NCBI GenBank assembly: GCA_016748015.1
Contig: JAAOMT010000295.1
Location: 1,414,748 to 1,478,747 of the forward strand
Reading direction: 5' to 3'
Length of the DNA stretch: 64,000 nt
From: Geosiphon pyriformis uo1
Lineage: Eukaryota; Fungi; Glomeromycota
Below, in pieces: positions 1 to 14,079 of this stretch. Each line of letters opens with the position of its first letter. Position 1 is the stretch's first letter. The notes below the pieces were generated by a model. It was not told the DNA's origin. It did not search any database and was given only the letters and a program-made list of their open reading frames with translations. Both the position numbers and the translations under genes were made by a program.

Positions 1-3000
1 GAGACTAATCATATATATTGAATTTTTATTTATTTAATTCACTTTTTTATTGTAAATTTTTTTTTGATTAATTTTATTATCTTATAATTTTGTTTTTCTT
101 TGCTATTTGTTAGCTTGTTACTTTAATCTATAACATAAAAATAGTGCTCTCTATAAAGTTGTTAAAATCTACTTGTTTTTTATTTAACTTAATTTCTGTT
201 TTTTTGCTTAATTAGTTTTTTTGTTAAAAAACAATCTAATAAACAATTCTAAAATTTTTGGAACTGGTTTCTAAATAAGCATTTAGCTAAAACTTATACA
301 GCCTATATAATCTATTTTTTTGATCAAACTTACTTTGAAAAAACCTTTGAAAAAAGAAACAACTATATCAATTAACTTTTATATTTAATAATTTTTAACC
401 AACAGTCTCTTAATTTCGAATATCTAAATTATCAAATTTATATCTAAATTGCTGTTTATTAGTTAATTGGAACTTTTTTTAAAACAAAAAAAGAAAGTTA
501 CCAAACTGCTTTTGTTTTTAATCTCTTTTTAAATAAATCAAATTATTTTATATAAATAGCTACCTCTGAACTAATGGCTGTTAACTCTATATAAGCAAAT
601 ATTCTGACTATTTTCTAAAATATATAAACTGTTTTAAAACAAAAAAACAACACTCCAATATTATTATTTAAAAATAATGTTTAAGAATTAATTAAATAGT
701 TAGATAACTTTAAAAAAGCTACTGTTAATTAATATAATATAGAGTATAAGTTCCAAATCATTGGTGGCTATTTTTAAAGCTTTTTTGTTACTTGGTTCTT
801 ATAAGAAATTAATATTGGTGCTTATTAAAAAATTATTAGATAGACACTAATAAATATTAAAGAAGAAAATACCTCTTTTACTATCTAATTTGAAAACAAA
901 TTCAAAACTTCTATTTTAATCTTTAAATAGTATATAGAATTAAAAAAAAATTCAAGGCTCTAATAAAATTGTAACTAAATATGTCAAAGCAATCAAAAAG
1001 CTTATTAAATAAGTAAATTTTAAAAAAAACTAGACAAAAAAACAAAAGATTCACTTCTTTACAAAAAGATTAAAAACTAATCTATTATATGCTCTTTGGT
1101 TTTTTTTAGCTTTAAAAAATAATTTTATTATAGATATAGCTATTGAACTTGTTTAAAAAATTAAAGATAACCAAAAAATGCATTTAGAATTTATCCTTTC
1201 AATTTTTGTTTTTGCTTCTTTTATAGCTTTTGCTTCTTAAATAGCTGCTATTTTTTTTGTTGTTAAAACTCAAAATTTTAATAAACAATTAATAAATAGA
1301 CTTATAGCCAATCTTGTTTGGTTATTAGAGCTCTTAACACAAGCAATTAAAGAAAATCAACAATCTTAAAAACCTAGATTTGAATTTTATTTTAATTAGT
1401 CTTAGCAATTTTTTTATTAAAAACAACAAAATTGTGACTTACTTATGTACTATTATTATGGATTAACTAAATATTTTTTCAGAGATTACAACAATTTTTT
1501 TTTACCTCTTCCAGTTTCTAAAAACAATAATAACCAAAATAATAAATTTATTAACAATAATGCTCTTAATCAAAAATTTAATCATGTCAACATCAATTTT
1601 TTTGAAGAGAATTTTTTAATTAAAGTTACTATTTATTAACTTTTAAACTAATAAGCATATTTTTAAAAAGTAAGATATAAGCCAACTAAAAGAAAATTTT
1701 TTTACACTTTTAATCTAACTAATAATAACTATGATATGGATAAACTGGCTATCAATTTCTCTAAATTCACAAAAAAAAAAGCCAAAATTGATTTTGTCTT
1801 AGATTCTAACAAAATCTCAACTTCTATTGTTGATAACAATAAGTTATCAAAGATTAAAGTTTTTAAAAATCCTTCAAGTTAAAATTCTTAAAAATAGTAC
1901 AAAAATTTGGCTTTTATTTTATTGTTAAAAATTTTATGAAAACTTAGCTTATATTATTTTTGACCAGTTAATAACTTATTTACAGTTTAGAAAAAATCTT
2001 TACAAATCATTAATTCCAAAAAAAAGACACCAAAAACCAATAAGTATTTTTACTAAGCTAAATTTATTAACAACAATAATATTACTTCTTTAATTTGCAA
2101 AACCCAAATGGCTGGTTATTTTATTGACTTAATCTTAGACAATAAATTATCTGTAAATATTATTACTAAACACTTTTTGAAAGTTATTAGTAGAAAGTTT
2201 GATGAATCTTTTATTAGACTTATGACTAATATATATAATGACAAAAAAAAAAACTTGGTATTACAAAAGCTGTTTCTGTTTACATCAATAAAATTAGCAT
2301 TAAAATTAACATAGAAGTTTCTAAAGTTAATGAATATACTATTATTGTTAACAATAAGTAGCTTAAGAAAACAAAAGTTTTACTAAATTATAAACTTTAT
2401 AAGCTAATTATTAAATATAATAAAAAATTCATTGTAGTTAAGTGTCACTATTAAACAATTTTTCTAGTATTTAAGCAAAGTTTAAAAAAAAAACAATCAG
2501 ATAAATTAAATAATAAAAAAATTAATAAAAAAAAAACTGCAGAATTTACTTATATTATCTTTATTAGTAATTACAAATTACTAAATAATATTAAAGCTAA
2601 CAAAAAAAAAATTATTGTAAATAGCAAGTTAATTTATTGGCTCTATTATAATATTCTTAAAAAAAATTTTAATAGAAAGCCTGACAAAAAAGCCAAATAC
2701 AGTTATTGATAACATGATTCTTATGTTTGGTATTAGTGTAATAAACCATTGTATTTTTCTAATAATAAATGTAAATTCTGCTTAATTTATTACAAAAATT
2801 GGGAATTAATTAGCTTAATACTAAGAAAAAATAATAAGAAAAGTATAAAAATCTTTTAAAAATAAACTATCAAAAATCTAATTAATAATAGTAAAACAAA
2901 AAAAACTCTTCTTAAAAAAAAATTGACATTAAAAATCTACTGGTTAGAAATAGTCCAGTTATTTCAAAAGAAAATGATACTTCTGAACATACTCATGTAA

Positions 3001-6000
3001 TACAACATACTATTATTACCAGAAAAACTTGTTCTATCTATTTGAAGTTTTATTAATTCAATTATTACAATAATAAATTCATTAAGAAAAAAATAAACCA
3101 AATGAAAAATCTTAGATTTATACAAAAAACCAAGAGTAAATAGGTCTTTCTAATTATAATAATATTCAAAAAAAGTGGAACTTTATACTTTTGTATTAAG
3201 TACTGCCAATTAAATGTTATTACTAAAAAAAACATATACTTATTTTTCAAGATTAATGCAATGTTAAATCAATTTAATAATACTGCTTTCTTTTCAATTA
3301 TTAATTTAACTACTGAATTCTGGTAAGTAGAAATGAATTCAGAAAGCAAAAAGAAAACTGCTTTAATTACCAAATATGACACTTACAAATTTACAATTAT
3401 GTTTTTTGGTCTTACCAATATTTTTTATACTTTTTAATACTTAATAAACAAAGTATTTGAATTAGTAAAAGAAAATTTTGTTCTAGTTTATTTGAACAAT
3501 ATAATAATATACTCAAAAACTTGGAATAAATATATTAAATATTTGCAAAAAATTTTTGATCTGCTTAGAAATACTGGCTTTAATATCAACTCAATTAAAT
3601 CTTTTTTTGAATATTAATTTACTCAATTTTTTGGTTATTTTATTACAAAAAATAAATTTTTTCTGATCCAATCAAGATTGAAAAGTTCAGAATATTAAAC
3701 AACCAATAAATATACATAAACTATGCTTTTTTCTTGGTTTAGTTTCTTATTATTGCAAATTTTTTAAGAATTTCTTTAAAATTACCTCTTTTTTTAATTA
3801 GCTATTCAGAAAAAATAGTAATTACTACTGAAATACATATTAACAAAAAGCATTTAAAACTCTAAAAAAAAATTGATTACAGAATCTATTCTCAAGCAAT
3901 CTAATCTAAATCAATTTTTTATTCTCTATACTAATATATTTGGCTATAAACTTGATACTGTTTTCTCACAAAAAAATAAAGATAACAAAAAATATGCTAT
4001 AGCATATATCAATAAAAAGAATTTGGAACACAAATAAATAACTTGCTAAATATTTTACTTAAATAAATTTGATTATAATATATATTATCACAAAAGAACT
4101 AATTATCAAAACACTAATGCTCTCTTTAGATTTATTACTAAGTAATAGTACAATTTTTAAAAACCAAACCAACTTAATTATTAGTAACTCTCTTTTAACC
4201 AAACACAATAATAAATTTGGACAACTATTTTGTACTAATAGAATTTTTAGATAAAAAACAATATCTATTAGAATATACTTAATAGCAAAAAGAACATTTG
4301 TAAAAACAATTAAATTTTTATTTGATTTATCAAAACCAATTATATAAAAAAAATAAAAAATATTATGACTACTTCCAAAGAGTTATTAGATTTAAAGAAA
4401 GAGAAATTGTGATTTATAACAGCATATTAACTTATTAGTTAAACACTTTAGAAAAACAAAAACAATTTAAAAAACTCTAATTCATTATTATTAGTCTACT
4501 TTGGAAAAAAACATTGCTGATTACATCAAAACCTGTAATATATGCCAAAAAAAAAGATATTCATTCAATTTTTGTTAATTAATTATTTGATAGAATTGGT
4601 ATAAATATTGTTAAATCTTTAATAATAACTCCTAATAATAACAGATATATTATCATAGCTACTGATTATTTTACAAAATAAATAGAAGTAAAAGCTATCT
4701 CAGATTAAACAACAGTTTCAATAGTTAATTTCATATATAAAGATATTGTTTGTTATCATAGTTGCTCAAAAAAACTTTTATCTAATAAAAAAAAAGTTTT
4801 TTTTAGTACACTAGTTAAAAAACTTTGTAGAAAAATAAGAATACATTATAAATTTTTTTCTTTTTATTACTCTTAAACAAATGATCTAGTGAAATGTTTT
4901 AATAAAACACTATGTGAAATTCTAACCAAAATTAATAAAAAACAAATTTATAAGACAAAATACTGTCTTTAGCTTTGTTTACTTATAAAATTGTAAACTA
5001 TGATATAATAAGTTATAAATCTTTTTATCTGCTTTATAAATAAATAACAACTTTACTAATAAAAACAAATATTGAAACAATACTTTTTAAAGAAATTACA
5101 ATAGAAAATTACAAAGATATTTTGCAAAAAAAACTTAGTATTATTCTTGATTTCTTAATAAAAACATAAATAATTGTCTTTAAAAAAATAAAACAGTTCT
5201 AAAAAAAGCTTAAGAAAAAAAAATCTTATAAAACACTTTTTTTAAGTATTAGTAACTAAGTTTTAGAATACTACTTAGACAAAGACAATATTTATAATAA
5301 TAAATTTTCTAGTTAATGGAAAGAATTTTTTATAGTTAATAAAGTTTAAACAATAATTTTTATATCTTACAAGATTAATATAAAACAATCTTTAATAATT
5401 ATTTTGTTTATGACACATAACTTAAAAAATATTACAAACAACTTGATTAGTTATCTGTTGTGGTAATACTAATTCAAATAATTAACAAAAATCAGAAATA
5501 AATAAAAATATCATTCTCAAAACAGAAATATTTTTAATTAATATAAACAATTATTTCCTGGATTAAAACATTCAAAATGCTTTTTATAGTTTTCATAAGT
5601 ATTAAATCAAAAATTATTCAAATATTATCTTAACTATTGAAAAACAGATAACTATAATTAATAACAATAAAGCATATACTATTATTAAATCAAAGAAAAC
5701 TACTACCAAAAAAGAAAAAATTAATAACAAAATAGATAAATATATGCTTGAAAACATAACAGCAAGCATACTATTATCTTCTAATACACTTGAAAAACAA
5801 TTAAAAAATTTTGCTCATAAACATAAATTTGTTATATAAAGAACAACTAAAGCTCTATAATCAACTTAATAAAATCATAGAAAACATAAAACTTATAAAA
5901 AACAACTTTAAAGATATAAATAAAAATTCTAGATATTATATAGTCAAATGTCCTAAAAGCTTTAACTATTGCTAAAAAAGCCAAAACTCTTATACAAAGA

Positions 6001-6890
6001 TTGGTTTTTTATATACAAAGCTTATTTCATTTCAAATATTATATACTTTATTTACAAAAAACTTAATAAACTAGTTAGTTTCAAATTAAATAGAACTTTT
6101 TAATTAAATTATCTTATAAATAGCTTGATTTTGCCAAAGTTTAATCTTTTTAAAGAAGATAATATTATTGAAATCTATAGTTTTTATTAATAATTACATA
6201 TATTAATTACTAATATCATATAATTAGCCATTTTATTTTAAATAGTAATCAATAATCTGATCATTAACTTAATTATTGATTTAATTAATAATCTGATCAT
6301 TGACTTAATTATTAACTTGATTATTAACCTAATTAATAATCTAATTATTAACCACTTTTAATAGCTATATAAGCAATAAATCTTTTAGTTATAGAAGAAT
6401 ATAATTAAAGTAACAAAATAAAACTTATTATTAATTTTTTTTTATATTGCTTATTTTTTTTTCTCTACTTTTAAGTATTTAAACATTTTGAAATAAAAAA
6501 TTACTTGTTGGTTTTTACATATCTTATTTTTTTTTTCTTAATTTGTATTATTAAAAATTAATCTAAAAAATAATTACTCGTTTTTGTAATTTATTAAATA
6601 AAAAAACAATTAAAAAGCATAATAATATTTGCTATTGATTCTAAAAATCACTAAGTTAAAGCATAGAATGATAGCAGTAGTATTATTTTGTTGACAATCA
6701 CAGACTATTTTTCTATCTTTAAATTTTTAGAAAGAATTTACAACTGTGATTTATATAAGACTAATTATGTACATTAAATTCTTATTTATTTAATTTGTTT
6801 TCTTATTATAATTTTTTTTTGATTAATTTTATTATTCTACAATTTTGTTCTTTTTTACTATTTATTAACTTGTTATTTCAATCTGTAATA
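1..6890 (+). mobile_element. Ty3/Gypsy LTR retrotransposon family A, copy 1 (degenerate; 5' LTR cut by window edge)
   Basis: Fragments in the order gag, protease (FIDLILDNKLSV, about 2108), RT (about 3050-3700), RNase H, integrase (about 4400-5450), extra ORF. LTR end ...TAACA at 135, second LTR at 6163-6890. Collinear with the minus-strand copy at 49936-57362. Many in-frame stops. Confidence 0.93.
6163..6890 (+). repeat. 3' LTR of Gypsy-A copy 1 (LTR variant 1)
   Basis: Follows purine tract AAAGAAGATAA. Contains the 12-bp tandem array (6246-6353), then TATATAA and AATAAA. Its 3' part repeats window bases 1-135. Confidence 0.88.
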
Positions 6891-6899
6891 ATAGTTTTT

Positions 6900-7430
6900 T
6901 AATCTTTGACTATATATGTTTCTAATATTAGTTTATATATAATTTTGTGCAAAAAATTTGTGTTTAAGAATTGGTTGATAGAAGCTAAGACTTTTTTTAA
7001 AAATATTAAACTTGTCATGTTTAGATTGATTAAGTTTGTTTAAGACTTGGCTATTGATTATAGAAAATATATATAAATACATAATTTAAAGTTTTAAGTT
7101 AAAATAAATCATAAGAGTTTGTTAAATAAAGATGGTTTTATGTTTAATATTGTTTATATTTTTTCTGTTAAAGTTTCAAATAGTGTTGCTTGTTTATTAA
7201 AAATTGAAAAAACTCATGCTATTAATTTTAGATTAAAAGTTAATTATTTGTATTTTGCAATTATAATTAGAAAAATTTCAATTAACATAATTGTATAGTG
7301 TTGTTTTAATTGGCTAAATGATTGATTATATCTAGTAAGTACATAAATTATATTTAATTTAGAATTCTAGATAGTTGTATTATATTAAATAGTAATTAAG
7401 TTTTAATTATAAATTAATAAAAAAAAATAT
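6900..7430 (+). mobile_element. Heavily decayed 3' relic of a LINE-1-group element
   Basis: Resembles the ORF2 C-terminus and 3' UTR of the LINEs at about 10450-10895 and 41885-42400. Ends in an A run near 7425. Confidence 0.5.
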
Positions 7431-7721
7431 ATTATAATATACAAATAATTTAAGTTTTTTAAGCTTAAAAAAAGCATAATTAAATATTAGATTATTTTAA
7501 ATATAGTTTTAAAAATTATATTAAATAAACAGTTTTATTATTTAGTTTTTATTATTTTTTAGGTTATAATTAAATTTTATATTTAAATATATTTTGTAAA
7601 CAAGTTTTTATATAAAAAATAAAACAATTTAATATTAAAAAATCAAAACAAAAATTTGTTTATTAAAAATTTTTCTAAGTAAATTAATTTATTATTTATT
7701 ATTATATATTATAAAAACTTT

Positions 7722-10700
7722 TTATCTAATGAAAAGACTGTTGACTTGTCTGGTATTATGAATAAACTCTGGAAACATTGTGATATTTCAGTACTCATTA
7801 TGCTTTTGGACATTTTGAATCTTTGTCTGATGTGTAAATTTGTTCCTCAATCATAGAAAGAAGCTTGAATATTAATAATTCTTAAACTATATAAATAGAA
7901 GAATGTTTTGGCTAATATTAAACTTATTGTGTTGATTAAAACCACTTGTAAAATTCTTTCCAAATTGCTATCCAACAGAATTTTTTTGGTTTATAATAAA
8001 TTTGATGTTTTCTATAGTAACAATTTCTCTGTGTTGAAAAAAACTACAATCCAGTCTCCTATTTTTACTATTGATTCAGTAGTTGAAAATACTTTGAAAA
8101 AGAGCTATAAACTTTGGTTAGTCTTACAGAATATGTGAAAAGCTTGACTCAGTAGGTTGACAGCATTTGAGAAATAGTTTAATCTAAATCAAAATATATG
8201 AGCAGTTTATTTGATTCTTTAGAGGCATTTATAGTGACAGAGTGAATCAAATTATGACTAATTATGATTTAACAGAAAAATACTATGTACATAATAGTCT
8301 GAACCAGAGTAGAGTTTTCTTTTTTCTGCTCTAGAGGATTTTTTATGACCCTTTATTGTATGAAGTTAAAAGACAGAAAAGTTTGTATGGCTATTATATT
8401 AATATTAGATTTGTTGCCAAAACTGGCAGACTGAAAATTCAAGGTGGTATGACTTTATTTCTTGCAGCTGGGGCTTTTGTTGATGACACAATTTGGATTA
8501 AAAGCAGTTAAACAACTACTTAGTACATTTTAAATATTGTAAGTAGCTTTTTTAGAATTAATAATATTTTAATTAATAATAATAAAACAGTTGTTATTCT
8601 TATTAATTATAGAGTTAAGGACACTTCATTGTCAATAAGTGGTTTGCTAATTTCTATTGCTTATAAAGAGAAGTTTTATAGATATCTTGGTATTTTTTTA
8701 TCTTCTAAGGACTTGTTCAAATCTAGTTTAGTAAAGGCTTATTTAAATGTCAGATTTTTTGTTAATTTGGTTTTGAAAAAAAATATCTTGAATAAACAGT
8801 TCTTTTATTTGATATTAGCTATACTGTAATCTATAATTGGTTACAAAACTTAGTTTAATTTTATTTCTAAGAGTGTGTACATTAAGTGGGATATGCTAAT
8901 TAGGAGAGATTTAAGGTTGAAAACTAGTTTGCCTAAAAATTTTCTCAATAAGACTCTTTACCATTTTTTTCTGTATAACTTGAAATTATTCAAGCAGTTG
9001 TAGTCTAAATACAAGATGGCTTTTGTATTAAGTTTCTCAGATGCTAATAGGCTTATTGGTTGCTTATTTAGTCATAAGTTTTTAGACCTGCAAGTTCAAA
9101 GTTGGTCTTTTATTTATCCTTTGTGTTGTCTTGTGAAGTTGCATGTTAGTTCAATTAATAATTTTTTGGCTAGTATAGTTAGATTTTTTTGAATTGTAAT
9201 ATGTTTTTTTATAATTTTTTTATGACTCTATTCTGTTTTTCTAGTGGCACTCTGATGTTTTTTGTTCTAGATAATTCATTGTTCTATAATGTTTTGCATT
9301 TATTCAAGAGGTTTGAAGTCACTTTCATTGAACAGTTGTATAATAAAAAGAGCTTAATATTTAATTGAAAGAGCTTTCATTATTGAAAAAAACTTGATTT
9401 AAGAGATCCAGTCTTCTGTTGATTCAATTTGGCATGTGATTTTTTGGTTAAGTCTTCTTTTTCAGCTGGTTTACCTACTATTGGCTCCCAGTTTTTGAAT
9501 ATTTGTGGTTCTAATAGTGTTTTTAAGTTAAGACAATGTCTTTCTGTCACTGATTTGGGTGTTATCAGTGTCTATATGGATGAATCTTTGAGAGATTTGA
9601 GTATGCATAAGATAAGATGTGGTACAACTACATATTTTTCTGATTTAAATTTGAGTATTGACATTAAAGTTGATGGATTGGTGTTCTCTATTAGGGTAGA
9701 ATTGCAGACTATTGTTCTGGCTTTGAAGTGTGTTTTTTCTGGCAGTTTTGTTGTAGTGTACTCAGACAGTTAGACTGCCTTGAATGCTTGTGCTGTTGAG
9801 TTTGTTTTGATTTTGCCAGACTTTTGCAATCATTGTTGGATGGAGTGGCATAATGTTATGGCATTTATTAGAAATAAGAAGCTCTGCTAATGAGCTGACT
9901 GGCTTGGCTGCTGGTTTGAATTTTGTGCTTTTTGTTCTGATTAAAGATAGATTCATTAGGGCTGGTAAAGTGACAGTGTTTAAGAATATTCATCATTTTA
10001 CTCAGAATATTTTTAGGGCTGTTTATTTTATTTATTAGAAAATTGAACCTGAGCTCTGACATTATTAACTGAAACATAGTTGGTGATATGAATTGAATTC
10101 ATATTGCATCAGTTTGGCATCCTGATTTACACATGGCAGTTGGTTTTACAAGTAAATCTACAACAAGTTTGTATTCATATTTTATAAAGACTTTGCATTA
10201 TTGTCTACCAATTACTATTCGGAAATGTCTATATAATAAAAAGTACTCCAATGTGTTATATTTTCATTGTAAAAATGTGGAAAGTTCTGACCATTTGTTT
10301 GTGTATGTATTTAATACTAAGGTTTATAAAAACTTGATTAGGTTTTATCTGTTTCAATGAGGTGTTTTATCAGATTTAAACTTGGCTTTATTTTGGATTT
10401 TGCAGATGTTTTTTTTATGTGCTTCTAATAATATTGTTTATATTGTTTTATATAAGGGTTTTGTGTTCATAGATTGGTTTTTGGAGACCTTGTTCATTTT
10501 TGATGATGTCAAAATTGTTAATGAAAATGTTGTAAATTTTGTTTGAAACTTGGGAGTGGCTTACTATACTAATATATAGATAGTTTGGGCCAAGTATAAG
10601 ACAATTGTAAAGAAAAAAAATCTGGTCATAAATAATAACTCAGTGTTGTCTGAGGTCTATAGTCTGTCATTTTTGCTTTCTGTTGGAGTTATTAGATTGC

Positions 10701-10895
10701 TTGATATTATTGAAATGCTTGGTGTTAGCTTTGGTTTTTGTAGGCCTTGTTGTTTTTTTTTGGTGTTAATAATACAATGTTTATTAAGATAGATTTGTAG
10801 TATATGATTTGTATCTAGTTTAGATTACTTAGTTTGATGTATTCTGCTAAGTAGTATTTGGATCTTACTCATTAAATAAATAAATAAAAAAAAAA
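7722..10895 (+). mobile_element. 5'-truncated LINE (LINE-1 group): RT, RNase H and C-terminal Zn finger, pseudogenised
   Basis: RT motifs (LWLVLQNM*KA, AFVDDT at about 8470), RNase H (VYMDESL...ELQTIVLAL...SDS), zf-RVT-like (MAVGFTS...HCKNVESSDHLF). Tail (TAAA)n/poly(A) ends at 10895. Possible TSD AAAAACTTTT at 7713-7722 and 10891-10900. Confidence 0.9.
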
Positions 10896-13169
10896 CTTTT
10901 AAACAATTTTAAATTAAAAACAAATAAAGATTTAACAATTTATTACAGTTTTAATGAATTATGTGATTTTAATATAAAAAATTAAAATAATAAAATTTTT
11001 AAATAAATTTAGTTTAAAAAATAGAAAAAACTTAAACTTATATAAAAATTTTTGTACTGGTTTTTTAAAAAACTTGAACATATTAATTTTATTTACTGTT
11101 TTTGTTTAATTTTTTTTTTATAAAAAAATATATAGTTAATTTAAAAAAATTTGTAGATGTTTTAAATGTTTTGGCTTTATTAAAAAAATATAACTTACAA
11201 TTTTTCAATTAAATATTTTAATATAAAACAAATAATAAATAAAGCTGTTATTTATTTTGTTAATATAAATAAGAAAATAAAAATAAATATAAAGAGTTTT
11301 TATGTTTTTAATATTTATTAAGCTATATATAATTGTTTTGATTTTGGTTATAATGTTTAATTTTAATTATAACAGATAATTAATCTTTAATTAACATATA
11401 TAAGTCTGAATTGTCTGGTTTTAAGCCAAATTTTAAGAACAAATATTGGATAAAAAAATGTTGTATTGTTATATTTGTTAAAAAAAGCATCTTTTTGTAA
11501 CTTAAATTAAAGTTAAATACTATTTTATTATTTAAAAAAATAAAATAATTGACAAATCGGTTAATAAAACTTCTTATTCAGAGTTTTAATTACATTTTAT
11601 TGTGTATTTAAAATATTTGAAAGTATTTAATAAAGTTGTTGTTTTAAAAAATATTGTGAATACTTTTTTAATTAGATATTGTTTGGCTGTACACATTATT
11701 AATATAACATTCAGACTTTTATTTTAGTTTTGCTTTTTTAGAAAGACTATAGCAGGTTTGCATACATATATTATAAAGTTATTTCATAGAAAATTGCCAG
11801 TTGTTGTTAAAAAAAGATTGTACAATTCATTTTATTCCAATGTGTTATATATTTGGTGTTGAATGTTTTAACTATTTATTTATGTGCTTGGAGAATTTTG
11901 TGGTAAAATGTAAGATTTTGAATTTTAAGCTATATTTAATTTTGAAATTAAATATTCAAAAAAAGCATAATATAAAATTTTTCAATTTTAACAATTATTA
12001 TGATAATGATGAGTTGCAAAAAATCTTATTTATTTATTCAATTATATTCAATAAAAATTACTCAAAAAACAAGTAATTAATTAACAATGAGTAACGTAGG
12101 ATAATAATTAATTTCCTTTTCTCGTTTGGCAAGAGGAATTCCTTAATGAATGATGCATGCATCAATAATTACACTAATATCATTTATTACCTATATTCAG
12201 ATCTGGTCTTGACATGTTTTCGAATAAAGAAATTTTCTTCTTACTTTAGAAAACTGCCTTTCGACCGGATAGAATAGTAAAAGGCGAGTATTTCAATCTT
12301 AAACACTATCCGAAAAAGTAATTAGGAAGCCCTTAAAATAATTTTACAAATTACCTTTGAAAATTTGAAACTTCCTTCGACCAAAGACTAGGTGTTTTTG
12401 ATCTTCTCTTATCAATTTAATATGCTTGAATTTCTGCGTAACTTGAGCTAAAGTAAGAAAGAAAAACAAAAGAGAAATATAATCGGATTTACTGTTTAGT
12501 GGGATGCTCGTGCGCATATTTCATTTTTTTCAAACCAAAATTTCCTCGTCAATAAATAATGCAAGATTTTATTTTCATATAATAATTAACACAATACCAA
12601 GACTACCAGTTCTCCTTTTCCACATATCAAGTAGCACCAAAATATATATTTCACAGGCTAAACAAATACCATAAAAAAGGGATGGTTTGTTTCCTGTTTA
12701 GAGTAGAATTTTGCTTTGTTTGCCTTTTACGTTTGATCTCATTTATTTAAAGATAATAATTCGGGCAATTTTATTAAAGTCCTTAAATTTTAATGCAGAA
12801 TCCACTTTATCATTGCATTGAGGTTTGACATACAATCTTCGTATTTTTTGTTTTAATAAAAACCATGATTTCTATTTTGGATTTCGAGATATTCAGGGCT
12901 AATAGTATTTTTATTTGCATCGTAGATCAATTTTCTGGAAAGGAAACAAATCCCACACGCGAGTTTCAAATAATTATTAGCCGTTAGGTCGGAATAAAAA
13001 CTGGGTGACAACTTCCCTTTATTTGATCATTGTAGCAATTTTCCTTTTTTCAATTGATACAAAACTTTAAAACTAATTTGGTCTCCAGTAGCTGACTGGG
13101 TATCCTTTCTGTGCAGGATTGTTTTAACTGCAATCTCACCATGCACTATTCTTTTGTCTCTCGCACGTT

Positions 13170-13920
13170 CCAACACCAATCAGAAAATAGAATCAAGCTA
13201 AAAATAGGGTTCAAAATTTTCTTGGCATTCGAACACTAATGTACAAATTGGAAGTTAAAACGGTATAAAAGGCATTTCGGACAATTTTCGCTTTTTTTTC
13301 GGGACGTTGTGTCCAGCACGTTTTTGGAAACGACACATCATGCAGCAATCGAGCATTATCAACTTTTTGGATGTGTATTCAAATTACCAATAAAAGTTAC
13401 TCGAATACAAGGAAAAAGTTTGATCCGAAAGCAAAATCACGAATCTTAACCTAGTTATGGAAATTTTGGAGGAACCGTTTGGGTATCTGTGATTTCTTTG
13501 GTCACCTATGGACTCCCAACCTTCAAATCCTGTCCGACCAGGACAATACAATGAATTCCGCCGCCTAAGTTACTTCCGTTTATACGCAAAATGGGTGTTG
13601 CGTTCTTTGTGCAGATCACCGCATACCATTGATTGGTTAATCACACTAATCACAACTCTATCGCCATAGAAATCAGTCCAATAAAACGCCGTACAATGTA
13701 ATGACGTCATGATCTGGTTTATTGACACCCTACTTCTATTTTCGGACCAATCCTCTGACAGCCAAGTTCCGGCCAGTGCTCTGCCAACCTATTTGTTAAA
13801 AACCACCTACCTCGATAACGTGTTTCTAGTAACTCTCTGCCACCAAAAGTTTTTGTCGTCGTTCGCCCCACTCGCGCACATTTGTCTTTTCCCCTCTTTC
13901 TCTCTCTCTCCTCTTCCAAT
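13170..13920 (+). promoter_or_regulatory. Putative promoter of the bZIP gene, with a CRE palindrome and CCAAT boxes
   Basis: ATGACGTCAT at 13701-13710. CCAAT at 13176, 13387, 13678, 13747 and 13916, ATTGG at 13632. CT-rich tract at about 13881-13915. CpG is retained, unlike in the flanking TEs. Confidence 0.55.
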
Positions 13921-14079
13921 AGACTCCTCCTCTTTAGATCTTTTCCGAAATAGACTTCTCGTCCTCGACACCTCATTCCTTTCTTCGTCGTATTACTCGT
14001 CGCTGCTCTTTCATGAAACGATATTAGTAGACCAAATACAGAAAACCTAATTCAACTTCATAACTAAACTCCAAAAATA

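Noticed and set aside
11801-12076. 91-aa ORF at the island border
   Set aside because: TTG start, AT-driven composition and no motif.
13709-14050. 113-aa ORF and antisense 85-aa ORF upstream of the bZIP gene
   Set aside because: They cross the promoter and pyrimidine-rich leader and have no recognisable domain. Probably chance ORFs, although a uORF role is not excluded.
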